A stretch of DNA of 64,000 nucleotides from Patescibacteria group bacterium (GCA_016861245.1 BOKZ01000001.1:77107-141106); one strand, 5' to 3'; positions 10,424 to 19,984 are shown, counted from the stretch's first letter. The notes: a model not told the origin generated them from the letters alone. Numbers and translations are program-made.

Positions 10424-11394
10424 TGAGACGGCTGTTTGGCCTCTGCTTACTATTTATCGCAACCGTACTACCGTGGTCGGAGGTCGACGCAGCCGGAGTT
10501 ACTTTATCGTTCTCGCCGAATCAAGGCCAGTATCTAACCGATTCGACCTTTGATGTCTCGCTAGTACTAAATACCAACGGACAAGCGATAAACGCTTTGG
10601 AAGTATATGTGAGTTACCCGGCCGATAAGCTCCAAATTGTTAGCCCGACAACTGGCAACTCATTTATCTCGATTTGGATAGCCGGCCCAAGCTACTCGAA
10701 CTCAGACGGTACAGCAACGTTTTCGGGCGGGTTACCGACCCCCGGTATCACCACCAGCGCCGGGATTATTAGCACTGTTAAGTTCAGGGCAAAAGCTTCT
10801 GGTAGGGCGGTCGTTACATACCAAACCAAATCTAAAATTTTAGCCAACGACGTCAGCGGAACAAGCTTACCGATTACCTTTGGGCAAGCGGTTATTAATA
10901 TTTCTAACGCGCCGCCAGCAGGCCCGATTGTAAGCTCGACCTCCCACGAAGATCCGGGCAAATGGTACGCCGATCGGACTTTCCTGGCGAGCTGGGAGGC
11001 AGTTGGCAGTGAGTACAGCTATCTATTCGACCAATTCCCAACTACAACTCCGGATGAGACAGCCGAAACAACGACGACTGCGATAACTGAAGCGATACAA
11101 GAAGACGGACAGTGGTACTTTCATATTCGTGCCAGGAAAAACGAAGTTTGGGGAGCAACGACGCATTTTGTGCTTCGGGTTGATACCACCCCACCCGCCA
11201 AATTTACAATTCAAGCCGATACGTTAGCCATACGATCCGGTGAACGTGGGATATTTTCGTTCGTCACAACCGATAGCGGCAGTGGCGTTGATTACTACGA
11301 GGTCAGGGTTATGAACCAATCCGGCGACTCCAGCGAAGCAACGACGTTTATCGAAGCGACTAGCCCCTATCAACTACCGCAGCCTTATCAGTAA
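10423..11394 (+). CDS. Cohesin-like plus Ig-like protein, apparently truncated or frameshifted
   Basis: INALE, GGLPTPG, ILAND, SHEDPGKWY, DTTPP. Stops inside the last Ig domain relative to paralog 8765. Confidence 0.6.
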   Translation: MRRLFGLCLLFIATVLPWSEVDAAGVTLSFSPNQGQYLTDSTFDVSLVLNTNGQAINALEVYVSYPADKLQIVSPTTGNSFISIWIAGPSYSNSDGTATFSGGLPTPGITTSAGIISTVKFRAKASGRAVVTYQTKSKILANDVSGTSLPITFGQAVINISNAPPAGPIVSSTSHEDPGKWYADRTFLASWEAVGSEYSYLFDQFPTTTPDETAETTTTAITEAIQEDGQWYFHIRARKNEVWGATTHFVLRVDTTPPAKFTIQADTLAIRSGERGIFSFVTTDSGSGVDYYEVRVMNQSGDSSEATTFIEATSPYQLPQPYQ

Positions 11395-11653
11395 CCCAGC
11401 ACTGATTAATATTGCGGTGATTTCTTCTATCTTTCTTTTGCTACTGTTGCTGCTTATCCTAATTAGAAATTACCGAGAGAAAAACCGATTAAACCGAGTA
11501 ATTAACGAGGTTCGGCATCTTCAGGAAGAAATTAGAGTCCGACGTCAGGAGCTGGAAAAGCTAGAGAACGCTTACGGCCAGACATCTAGTAGCCTCAATT
11601 CGCTAGTCCAAGGCGACCAGTCCAGGCAGACGCTCCCCACTCAACAGCTTTAA
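11381..11653 (+). pseudogene. Out-of-frame C-terminal TM and coiled-coil fragment of the preceding cohesin gene (or a small membrane protein)
   Basis: Frame 2 reads SLISNPALINIAVISSIFLLLLLLLILIRNYREK then coiled coil, matching the TM-plus-tail architecture of paralog 8765. Confidence 0.5.
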
Positions 11654-12715
11654 CGTAGCGCCGCCGCCGGTCGAAGCAAATGTAAGATCGCCAAGCAGTT
11701 TAAGCCGAGAGAAAATTTCAACCGTATTTCCGCCCCCAATAATCGTAGTAGCTGCTGAGTCAGCGATAAAGTGAGCAACTACTTCTGAACCTACCGCGTA
11801 CTCTTCCTCTTCGGCTTTACCGAGCGAGCCGTTCCAAAAGATAGTTTGGGCAGTTTTTAGATGCTTTAGAAAAAGCATGGTAGTATCGTGACCGATATCG
11901 AGAATTGCGCCGTTTTTAGTTACGTAATCAACTGGTAACACGATTTTACCCTTTGACCGACGGAAAATGGTTCGGGCGTGTTCGAAATAATCTGTGTCAA
12001 CCACTGAGCTACCGACATCCTTACCGAGCGCCGCCAAGAAAGTGTTTGCGACACCACCACCGATTAAGATTTTGTCGGCGTGCTGAGCCAGGTACTTAAG
12101 TACCGGCAGTTTATCGTCGATTTTAACGCCGCCAACAACTACAACAAATGGCCGCGCCGGATGCCGAACTAATTGTCGCATGATCGAGACTTCTTTCTCG
12201 AATTGTAAGCCGGCGTAGCTTGGTAGGAATTCGGTGATGGCCACAAACGAAGCGCCTTCGTGGTGAGCGACGTTAAACGCCTCATTCACAAAAACCTCAC
12301 CGTACTCGGCCAATTTCCGGGCAAAAGTCCTGGAGTTTCGCTCTTCGCCGGGATCAAACCGTAGGTTTTCCAGACCAAGCAGCTCCCCGTCTCCCAGGCT
12401 TTCTACCGATGTTCTAGTTTTTTCGGAGAAAAGCGTCGGCGCGAAGATGATCGGTCGTTTCAGTAACGCTGACAGGCGCAAATAGACGGGGCGAAGAGTG
12501 TAGTCCCGGTCAACTTTCCCCCCTGGTCGGCCAAGATGAGCGCATAAGACAATCCGACATTTACGGTTAATTAGATATTGGAGAGTCGGCAGTAGTACTC
12601 TTAACCTTGAATCGTCTGTTATTTTCGACGGAGCTGTTTTAGACATCGGAACGTCGGCTCCGATCCGCACTAAAACAGTTTTGCCGAAGATATTCGCTTC
12701 TTCGAGTGTTTTCAT
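11603..12715 (-). CDS. pgk: Phosphoglycerate kinase (divergent motifs)
   Basis: HLGRP, LENLRF, LPSYAG, GG.K..DK, IGGG.ANTF, WNG, STGGGA. Confidence 0.9.
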   Translation of the reverse strand: MKTLEEANIFGKTVLVRIGADVPMSKTAPSKITDDSRLRVLLPTLQYLINRKCRIVLCAHLGRPGGKVDRDYTLRPVYLRLSALLKRPIIFAPTLFSEKTRTSVESLGDGELLGLENLRFDPGEERNSRTFARKLAEYGEVFVNEAFNVAHHEGASFVAITEFLPSYAGLQFEKEVSIMRQLVRHPARPFVVVVGGVKIDDKLPVLKYLAQHADKILIGGGVANTFLAALGKDVGSSVVDTDYFEHARTIFRRSKGKIVLPVDYVTKNGAILDIGHDTTMLFLKHLKTAQTIFWNGSLGKAEEEEYAVGSEVVAHFIADSAATTIIGGGNTVEIFSRLKLLGDLTFASTGGGATLKLLSGERLPGLVALD

Positions 12716-12770
12716 CTTAATTCAGTGTATCAACCATCAGGCAAAACGCCCACAGTGCTACAATACAAGT

Positions 12771-13736
12771 ATGTTAAAAAGTACTCTGAGCTTTTTCTTG
12801 ATAATTCTGTTATTTCTTTCGACGCTCGGCTACACCGCCAAAAGCCTGGAGAATCCTGAATTCTTGGTTGAGCAGTCTCGAAGAGCTAACCTGTACGGTC
12901 GCTTAACTAACCAAGTCCAGCTTATAGTCCCTAAAGAAACTCAGGAAGCAACCACTTTAAGTAAAGAAGAGATGACCGAGATCATTATTACGGTTATCGA
13001 TGCTGAGACGTTTTACACTGTCTTAGAGGAGTATCTTACTGCTGTGATGGGATACTTGAAGGGTTCTTCTGACGGACTTCAATTCTCGTATAGTTTGACG
13101 TCGATTAAGCAAAAGGCGGCCGATGAGATTACTCAGAAAGCCCTTGCAAAGTACGCCGCGCTACCAGTTTGCGGACAGAAAGAGTTAAGCGCCTGGGATC
13201 CGGAAAAAGAGTTTCCAACCTGTAAGTTACCTGAAGGGAACGTCAAGGATAACGATATTGAACGGATTTTTAAGAAAAGCGCTACCGAAGGCGTCGCGAA
13301 CTTGCCAGAAGCAATTTCTGTAACTAACCCTAGCGAAAGCATGCAAAAAACTCGAAATGTCGTCATAAAAACAAACCAAATCGTAACGATCGTCTGGGGG
13401 CTAACCGCGTTGATCGTTGCGTTGATGCTACTACTACTGCGTGCCAAGGCGTTCCGACCGCTGGCTGTAACATTCATTATTGTCGGATTACTTCAAATCG
13501 GGTTTAGTCTGATCGCTTGGGACTGGATCGCCAGAGCCGTCGGAGAATTATTTAGCGGCTCCGACGCCGCGGCAGTAGCGCCGATAATTGCCGATATCGT
13601 GGCGACCGTCCTTGAGATACTAAAAACAACGCTCGGTAACATTAGTATCGTCACTCTCGGTATTGGCGTAATGTTTCTGGTGCTAGCGATCGTGCATTGG
13701 TTCCACCGACCGAAAGAGCAATCTCAAAAAATTTAA
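12771..13736 (+). CDS. Hypothetical membrane protein (N-terminal anchor, three C-terminal TMs)
   Basis: Hydrophobic segments; ATG at 12771 lies 6 nt after TGCTACAAT. Confidence 0.65.
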   Translation: MLKSTLSFFLIILLFLSTLGYTAKSLENPEFLVEQSRRANLYGRLTNQVQLIVPKETQEATTLSKEEMTEIIITVIDAETFYTVLEEYLTAVMGYLKGSSDGLQFSYSLTSIKQKAADEITQKALAKYAALPVCGQKELSAWDPEKEFPTCKLPEGNVKDNDIERIFKKSATEGVANLPEAISVTNPSESMQKTRNVVIKTNQIVTIVWGLTALIVALMLLLLRAKAFRPLAVTFIIVGLLQIGFSLIAWDWIARAVGELFSGSDAAAVAPIIADIVATVLEILKTTLGNISIVTLGIGVMFLVLAIVHWFHRPKEQSQKI

Positions 13737-14695
13737 CGCCGAAGCGACTCTTCTAATCTTGCAATCAGTTTCGCTCGAAAATTTTTGCTTTTCATTTCGC
13801 CAATTAGCGCCAAGTGGCCTCGGTCCGACCGAAGTAAGACGCTGGTTTTAGGAAAGTGAAGTTTTTTAAGTGATCGATTCTCGAAAAAGTGTGTAATAAA
13901 CTCAGCAACGTGCTGGCTAAACGACTTATAGACTCGTAAAACGTTTGAGCGTAACCACTCGGGACTGTCGAAGCAGAGTACGTTGTCGTAGCCTTTAATT
14001 CGCATAAACGGATCGGTGACGACGTGCCCGTCGCCGGCAACCCGTGCGCCCTTGATAAACCTAGAGCTAACCGCAGCCGACGGCGAGCCGATAACCATCC
14101 CGGCGCTTTTTGCACTAGTTTTGGTAATTGCGTGCTCTGACAGATACGATTGAATAACGGCTGGCTGGGCGTTGATATGTAGCGAGATACTTCGTAGTAA
14201 ACTCGGGTAATGCCGCAGTTGGAACGATCGCAAGGCAACTGCCAACTGGGCGTTATGAGCCGAGCTTCCTGAAATACTCACGGCTGCACTAATCGGTCGT
14301 TCGCCCTTCTTTGCTGCCGCTAAGGCGCCAATTAACGTTGCGAATTGCTGATAGATCAAAGATAACTCTTTTTTCGAGTAATACGGAAGCTGATCCAAAA
14401 TTAGAAAGTCGTAGGTTACAGTCGATCGGCTAGTTATAATCTCCTGGCGACGCAAATTCACACTTTTTATCGAAGATACTTTGAGCTGCAGATCGTTGAA
14501 CTGTTGTTTTAGGTTAACTCCGTTAATTTTTCCGACCGGATCGAAAGAAAGAAGGTCTGTAACGAGCTCGTCGTCGTCAGTTAACCACGTTAGCTTGTAC
14601 TGCACTAATGGTCCGAGGTGTCGGTCGAGCGCCTTAGCGATAAAAAGTGAGAGTGGTGATTTGCCGATAAGCACAACATGGAGTTGTTTGGACAT
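13733..14695 (-). CDS. Degenerate NDH-2/pyridine nucleotide-disulfide oxidoreductase-like protein
   Basis: HVVLIG (no GxGxxG), TVTYDFLIL, GHVVTDPFMRIKGYDNVLCFD. Confidence 0.5.
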   Translation of the reverse strand: MSKQLHVVLIGKSPLSLFIAKALDRHLGPLVQYKLTWLTDDDELVTDLLSFDPVGKINGVNLKQQFNDLQLKVSSIKSVNLRRQEIITSRSTVTYDFLILDQLPYYSKKELSLIYQQFATLIGALAAAKKGERPISAAVSISGSSAHNAQLAVALRSFQLRHYPSLLRSISLHINAQPAVIQSYLSEHAITKTSAKSAGMVIGSPSAAVSSRFIKGARVAGDGHVVTDPFMRIKGYDNVLCFDSPEWLRSNVLRVYKSFSQHVAEFITHFFENRSLKKLHFPKTSVLLRSDRGHLALIGEMKSKNFRAKLIARLEESLRR

Positions 14696-15474
14696 TACTT
14701 TGCCAGATCGGCCGCGATCCGGCAGATCGATGCAAACTCTTTCGCCTTAACCGAGGCAGTGCCCACTAGCAGACCTGATATTTCTTTGTGCCGTAAGTAT
14801 TCGCCAGCGTTGGTAGCGTCGACGCTGCCGCCGTAGAGGAAGTGCACTGTATCGGCCGCGGTACCGAATTGCTTCGTCAGTTCTGAGCGCAATCGCTCGA
14901 TTATCGCAACGGCGTACTCGGCTGTAGCTTCGTTCCCGTTACCGATCGCCCAAACTGGTTCGTACGCAATGATCACGTCTTCCAAATACTCTCTCTTAAC
15001 TCCAGATAGTCCTTGTTCTAATTGCTCTACGATCTTCCCCCACTCCACCTGCGCCAAATTACCGTTTGCATCAACTGCTTTTTTTGTCTCACCAACGCAA
15101 AGGATCGGCTTAATCCGCCAGCGTAAACATGATAATAGTTTATCGTTAATTGTTTCGTTATCTTCACCTAGGTAGCGACGACGCTCTGAGTGCCCAATAA
15201 TCGCGTACGAAACGATATCTTTTAGCAAATACGCCGACATCTCTCCGGTATACGCGCCTTGATCCTCGGACCAAACGTTTTGGGCGGCGAAATGCACGTG
15301 CGGCATCTTGTGTTTCCAGTGTTCGAGAACTGGCAACAGCCATGCGGTAGGTGGTGCTAGAACGGCCGTTACCCCATGGATAGATTCTAGCGACTGTCTC
15401 AAGCTACCAGCTAACACCACCGCATCAGATAGCGACGGGTACATCTTCCAATTGCCAACGATTATTTTCCGCAT
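14695..15474 (-). CDS. tpiA: Triosephosphate isomerase
   Basis: GNWKM, GAYTGE, GHSERR, AYEPVWAIG, YGGSV. Confidence 0.97.
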   Translation of the reverse strand: MRKIIVGNWKMYPSLSDAVVLAGSLRQSLESIHGVTAVLAPPTAWLLPVLEHWKHKMPHVHFAAQNVWSEDQGAYTGEMSAYLLKDIVSYAIIGHSERRRYLGEDNETINDKLLSCLRWRIKPILCVGETKKAVDANGNLAQVEWGKIVEQLEQGLSGVKREYLEDVIIAYEPVWAIGNGNEATAEYAVAIIERLRSELTKQFGTAADTVHFLYGGSVDATNAGEYLRHKEISGLLVGTASVKAKEFASICRIAADLAK

Positions 15475-15505
15475 CTCTATCTACGGTACCAGGCACTCTA
15501 CTAAC

Positions 15506-15532
15506 AAAAAAGACCCCGATCGGGGTCTTTTT
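15506..15532. terminator. Bidirectional intrinsic terminator
   Basis: Perfect palindrome AAAAAGACCCCGATCGGGGTCTTTTT (15507-15532). Confidence 0.85.
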
Positions 15533-15548
15533 ATTATCCCAAAGGGAT

Positions 15549-15686
15549 TTACATGGCGGCTTCTTCGGCCTCTTCTGGCTTCTTCTCACCATCCATTGGC
15601 ATCTCTTCGCCCTCAGCAGCCTCTGCCTCTGGCATCATGCCTTCTTCTTTTTTCTCTTCCATACCTTCCATCATTTGGTCACCCAT
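15549..15686 (-). CDS. 45-aa acidic Met-rich microprotein (not in the ORF track)
   Basis: MGDQMMEGMEEKKEEGMMPEAEAAEGEEMPMDGEKKPEEAEEAAM; GGAGG SD, upstream TTGACA, downstream terminator. Confidence 0.75.
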   Translation of the reverse strand: MGDQMMEGMEEKKEEGMMPEAEAAEGEEMPMDGEKKPEEAEEAAM

Positions 15687-15773
15687 AGCGGACCTCCAAT
15701 TCTTTAGGCAGAAAAACTGCCTGTCCTTGCGGACGCTTATTTACACTAGGGTAACAGCCGTAAATAATGGGTG

Positions 15774-16997
15774 TCAAGAGAAGATCTTCTCGAGTACTTT
15801 ACTAACTTCTTTCAGGAGAACAACCGTACTCGTGTCGCTTGAGCGCTCTTTAAGCTCGACTGCGTTTTCAGCTTTCGTTTTCGGGCTAAGAACTAACCGA
15901 ACTGGTATACCGATCAGATCAGCTTCAACAAATTTTGCGCCGGCTGGCATTTCACGATCGTCAAACAAGACCTCAAAACCGGCTTTAGTTAATGTATTAT
16001 AGAGCCCTACCCCGTCTTTCGAGTTAGTTAAATCGATAAGATAAGCCTGGAACGGCGCCACCTGTTTTGGTAGCACTAGTCCGTTTTGATCGTGAAAGAG
16101 TTCGGAAATTGTTCCAAGCAGTCTCGTGATACCAATGCCATAGCTACCCATAACAATCGATTTCCGAACTCCGTCTTTATTTAAGTACTTTAAATCGAAC
16201 GCGTCAGAGTATTTGCTACCCAAATGAAAGATATTACCGACTTCGATCGCTTTAACGCGTTCGAGCTTATCTTTTTCTGCTACCGAGATATCGGCCTCGA
16301 CTTCCTTATTGAAACCTGTTTTCGTCTTATGATTCACAAGGATCTCATCCTCTCCGGTCGGACAGATAACCTGAAACTCGTCAGAATATTCTTTACTAAA
16401 GACACCGCCGCTGGCCTTAACTCGATACGCGTCCAGACCGAGCCGCTTAAAAACTCTTAAATAAGCTGTAGCCGCAGACTCGTAAAACTCGTGATGCGAT
16501 TCGTTATCGGGATGAAAACTGTAGAGATCTTTCATTCGGAATTCACGACCACGTAGTAACCCGGATTTTGCCCGTAATTCTTTGCGGAATTTAGTTTGAA
16601 ATTGATAAAGAATAACCGGTAGATCGCGATACGACTGAACTTTCTCCTTCACAGCAATACTCATTGGCTCTTCGTGGGTTGCACCAAACGTCATATCAGC
16701 GTCTTGATCGATGTAGACGATCTGACGGAAGTTCTCGTCGTCCCAACGACCGGATTTCTCCCAAGTCGATTTCGGCTGCAAGGCGGAGAAAACTACTTCG
16801 TTACCACCGATCGAGTTCATTTCTTCGCGTACAACTTGCTCGATCTTCTGAAGTGATCGAACCGCTAACGGCAGTAGTGCGTAGACACCGGCAGCAACCT
16901 GGCTGATATAACCGGCTTTCGCGAGTAAGTAGGCGTTGACGCTGTCTTGTTTGGCAGCGTCTCGCTTAGTTGGGGCGTAGAATTCTGAGAACTTCAT
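15774..16997 (-). CDS. proS: Proline--tRNA ligase (short form without the INS editing domain)
   Basis: THEE, QTKFRKELR..GLLRGREF.MKD.YSF, IEVGNIF.LG, MGSYGIG, DDR anticodon domain. Confidence 0.97.
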   Translation of the reverse strand: MKFSEFYAPTKRDAAKQDSVNAYLLAKAGYISQVAAGVYALLPLAVRSLQKIEQVVREEMNSIGGNEVVFSALQPKSTWEKSGRWDDENFRQIVYIDQDADMTFGATHEEPMSIAVKEKVQSYRDLPVILYQFQTKFRKELRAKSGLLRGREFRMKDLYSFHPDNESHHEFYESAATAYLRVFKRLGLDAYRVKASGGVFSKEYSDEFQVICPTGEDEILVNHKTKTGFNKEVEADISVAEKDKLERVKAIEVGNIFHLGSKYSDAFDLKYLNKDGVRKSIVMGSYGIGITRLLGTISELFHDQNGLVLPKQVAPFQAYLIDLTNSKDGVGLYNTLTKAGFEVLFDDREMPAGAKFVEADLIGIPVRLVLSPKTKAENAVELKERSSDTSTVVLLKEVSKVLEKIFS

Positions 16998-18097
16998 TAG
17001 AAAATTCTACCTAATATATCGAATCGAACCACATCTTTATAGGTAACAACCACGAAAATAAGAAGTACAAACGCTAACCCAGCCGTTGCGAGCGCGCCAA
17101 GTTGCTTCTCACTAAGTGGCCGACGAGCGACCTTCTCGTAAGCAAGCGCTGCAATATGACCGCCGTCGAGCGGTAAGATAGGCATTAAGTTAATTGTGGC
17201 CAACCCAATCGTCACAAGCGCGACTAGTTGGGCTAGGTAATCGATACCGAGTTTTCTTGTCGCGTCTGTTAATGCGCCGACGCCGATTAACCCTGTTACT
17301 TCCTCCGAAACTTCTTGTTGAACAACAAGGCGTTTCACAAACTGGTAAAAGCCAACGGCCGAGCCGCCAACCATTTTCCCGGCCTCGTAAAACCCAGCTA
17401 GCGGTGAAGCAATTATCGAGGAGCTCACCTCACCCGCCGATTCGATCGTTACACCTAACGCGCCTTGGCCGGCCGGTGGGTTTTCTCGAGGAATAAGCCG
17501 TATCGTCGTATCCGCACCAGTGTAGCCCTGGCGAAGATACGTCAGCTCAACTTCTTTTCCGCGATTGGCGTTAATTATCATTAAAAATTCTTGATCAACA
17601 GCGATAGTTTTACCGTTAATTTGCTTCACGATATCGCCCGCCATCAACCCTGCTTGTTCAGCAGGTGAACCGACGGCGACTGCGCCGATTTTTACTTCCT
17701 GCGTACTCGTTACGAACGGGTTCGATCCAACTCCAGGGTAAAGCGGTGTAAAGCCAGTCGCAAATAGGAGCGTGAAAACGAACCAACCAAAGATAAAGTT
17801 CATCAAAACGCCTGCAATTAGTATCCAAAATCGCTGAGCGATCGTTTTATTTCGGTACGAGCGCGGACCGGACTCGGTCGCGTCTTCGCCAAACATTTTA
17901 ACGTAACCACCGAGCGGAATCAGGTTAATCGCGTACGTCGTCTCGCCGATCTGTTTGGCAAACAGGCGCGGCCGAAAACCAAACGCAAACTCTTCGACGC
18001 GTACTCCAGCTCGTTTAGCTGCCCAAAAGTGCCCAAGCTCGTGAATAAAGATGAGAAACCCGAGGATAGCGATAAAGATAACCGCGGTTAACAACAT
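16997..18097 (-). CDS. rseP: RseP site-2 metalloprotease (M50 plus PDZ)
   Basis: HELGH, IPLGGYVKM, PDZ, NLMPILPLDGG. Confidence 0.95.
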   Translation of the reverse strand: MLLTAVIFIAILGFLIFIHELGHFWAAKRAGVRVEEFAFGFRPRLFAKQIGETTYAINLIPLGGYVKMFGEDATESGPRSYRNKTIAQRFWILIAGVLMNFIFGWFVFTLLFATGFTPLYPGVGSNPFVTSTQEVKIGAVAVGSPAEQAGLMAGDIVKQINGKTIAVDQEFLMIINANRGKEVELTYLRQGYTGADTTIRLIPRENPPAGQGALGVTIESAGEVSSSIIASPLAGFYEAGKMVGGSAVGFYQFVKRLVVQQEVSEEVTGLIGVGALTDATRKLGIDYLAQLVALVTIGLATINLMPILPLDGGHIAALAYEKVARRPLSEKQLGALATAGLAFVLLIFVVVTYKDVVRFDILGRIF

Positions 18098-18648
18098 TAA
18101 ACGGTTAAGAGCTCTTTCTCTTTTCGATCAACAAGCTCTTTTACTTTTTGGTTAAATTCGTCGATGAGTTCGTTAAGATCTTTAGTAAAACGATTAAGAT
18201 CGTCTTCTCGGATCTCGCCGTTCGATTTCGCCTTTGTCGCAACCTGATGAGCGTCACCTCGGATTTGTCGTAAGCGGATACGAGCCGCCTCACCTTTCTG
18301 ATGTAAAATCTTCACAAACTCCTGACGTCGCTCCTGTGAGAGCGGCGGCAGACTCAGTCGTAACTGCGTCCCCTCGTTAATAACGGAAAAGCCAAGTTGG
18401 CTGTCCCGTATAGCCGACTCAACTGCCCCCATCACAGCCTTATCCCACGGCTGAACCAATAGCTGCCCCTGTTCGTTACTAGAGATCGCGGCGACCTGGT
18501 TTAACTGCATCGTACTTCCATAGGTAGAAACAGGTAATGTGCCAACTAAATCGGCCGATGCCCGACCAGGACGCAGCGTTAGCAGATCGTCCTCGAGCAG
18601 AGAAAGGGCTTGTTGCATCGCTTGCTTAACCTGTGCAGATGTTTGCAT
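18097..18648 (-). CDS. frr: Ribosome recycling factor
   Basis: LRPGRAS, QPWDK, LPPLSQERR, KEKELL. Confidence 0.95.
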   Translation of the reverse strand: MQTSAQVKQAMQQALSLLEDDLLTLRPGRASADLVGTLPVSTYGSTMQLNQVAAISSNEQGQLLVQPWDKAVMGAVESAIRDSQLGFSVINEGTQLRLSLPPLSQERRQEFVKILHQKGEAARIRLRQIRGDAHQVATKAKSNGEIREDDLNRFTKDLNELIDEFNQKVKELVDRKEKELLTV

Positions 18649-18709
18649 TTGTTTGAATGTATCAATAATAGGGTAAAAAGCCTAGAGTAAGCGCTTACGG
18701 CGCCGAGAA

Positions 18710-19168
18710 TTACTCGCCGAGCTCGAACCGGGAGATGCGGTTAATTCGCATATTCTCGCCGATCCGTGCGATCGTTTCGTTAAGGTAAGCTTCGATCGTC
18801 TTCGACGGATCCTTAAAGAATTCCTGCTTTAGCAGTTCCTCAACGTTTTCAGGATTCATCGATGCGACTTGGAGCGCGATATCGTGAACAAACGCCTTAA
18901 AATCGTCGTTTCGAGCCACAAAGTCTGTTTCGCAGTTAACCTCAACCATGGCGCCGATCCGGCCGCCGCCGTGAATATAAGTGTCGATTAGGCCCTGCGA
19001 TGTCGCTCTATCGGCTTTTTTAGCAACTGTTGAGAGACCCTTCTCTTTAAGCCAGGCTATCGCCTGCTCTTCGTTACCGTTCGCTTCTTCAAGTGCTTTT
19101 TTGACGTCATGAATTCCTAAGCCAGTCTTGGCTCGCAGATTCTTAATTTGCTCAACAGAAATACTCAT
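18710..19168 (-). CDS. tsf: Elongation factor Ts (short form)
   Basis: LRAKTG, KKALEE, EVNCETDFVARN, IGENM. Confidence 0.95.
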   Translation of the reverse strand: MSISVEQIKNLRAKTGLGIHDVKKALEEANGNEEQAIAWLKEKGLSTVAKKADRATSQGLIDTYIHGGGRIGAMVEVNCETDFVARNDDFKAFVHDIALQVASMNPENVEELLKQEFFKDPSKTIEAYLNETIARIGENMRINRISRFELGE

Positions 19169-19186
19169 ATCTACTCTCCCCTAGGA

Positions 19187-19984
19187 TTACTTCTTGCTTA
19201 CTTTTGCGGCCTTCTTGGCGGTCGTTTTTTTCGCAACAGTTTCTTTCGCTTTTTTAACAGTCTTTTTTGGCTTCTCTTCTACGACTACTGTTTCTTCAGT
19301 TTTTGTCGTTACTTTTTTAGTTGGCGCCTCGACGATCGATCGCAAAATAAGATCAACTGCTTTCGGTGCGTCGTCGTTAGCAGGGATAGGACAAGTGATA
19401 CGGTCTGGGTTCATATCGGTATCAGTAATAGCGATAATTGGAATATGAAGCTGAGTAGCTTCATCGATTGCGATTTTATCTTCTGTCGCGCTAGCGAGAA
19501 CAATTAAGTCCGGCATGCGTTTTAAGGTTTTTAGCCCTCCGAGAAACCGATGATAACGGTTCAGCTGATTCTGATGTCGGAGTCGCTCTTTCTTGGTTAG
19601 CTTACCGCTTTTATCGTCAGACAAAAACTCTTCCAACTCGTTCATCTTTTTAATGTTAGCCAGAATAGTTTCGAAGTTAGTTAGCGTTCCGCCGAACCAT
19701 CGCTCGGTAATATATGAGGCGCCGATCGACTCTGCTACTTCTTTTAGTGAGTTGCGAACCGACCGTTTCGTCCCCACAAAAAGGATATTTTTATTAGCAG
19801 CTCGGTACTCGGCAAGCATTGATTGAGCGGCGCTAATTGCTTCTTGCGTTTGCTCAAGGTTAATAAGCGCTACGTTGCTTTTAATCATATAGACGAACTC
19901 TTTTGCTTTAGGGAAAGTAAGCGAACGGTGATGACCGAAGTGTGCGCCAGCCTCAGCTAGTTCTATAAGAGTTGGAACCGCCAT
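19187..19984 (-). CDS. rpsB: 30S ribosomal protein S2 (Lys/Ala-rich tail)
   Basis: AGAHFGH, LFVGTK, RWFGGTLTNF, DTD, IPANDDA. Confidence 0.97.
   Translation of the reverse strand: MAVPTLIELAEAGAHFGHHRSLTFPKAKEFVYMIKSNVALINLEQTQEAISAAQSMLAEYRAANKNILFVGTKRSVRNSLKEVAESIGASYITERWFGGTLTNFETILANIKKMNELEEFLSDDKSGKLTKKERLRHQNQLNRYHRFLGGLKTLKRMPDLIVLASATEDKIAIDEATQLHIPIIAITDTDMNPDRITCPIPANDDAPKAVDLILRSIVEAPTKKVTTKTEETVVVEEKPKKTVKKAKETVAKKTTAKKAAKVSKK

Noticed and set aside
15553-16002. 149-aa plus-strand ORF (and 15308-15688)
   Set aside because: Antisense shadow of the acidic microprotein, proS and tpiA; the expression signals favour the minus strand.
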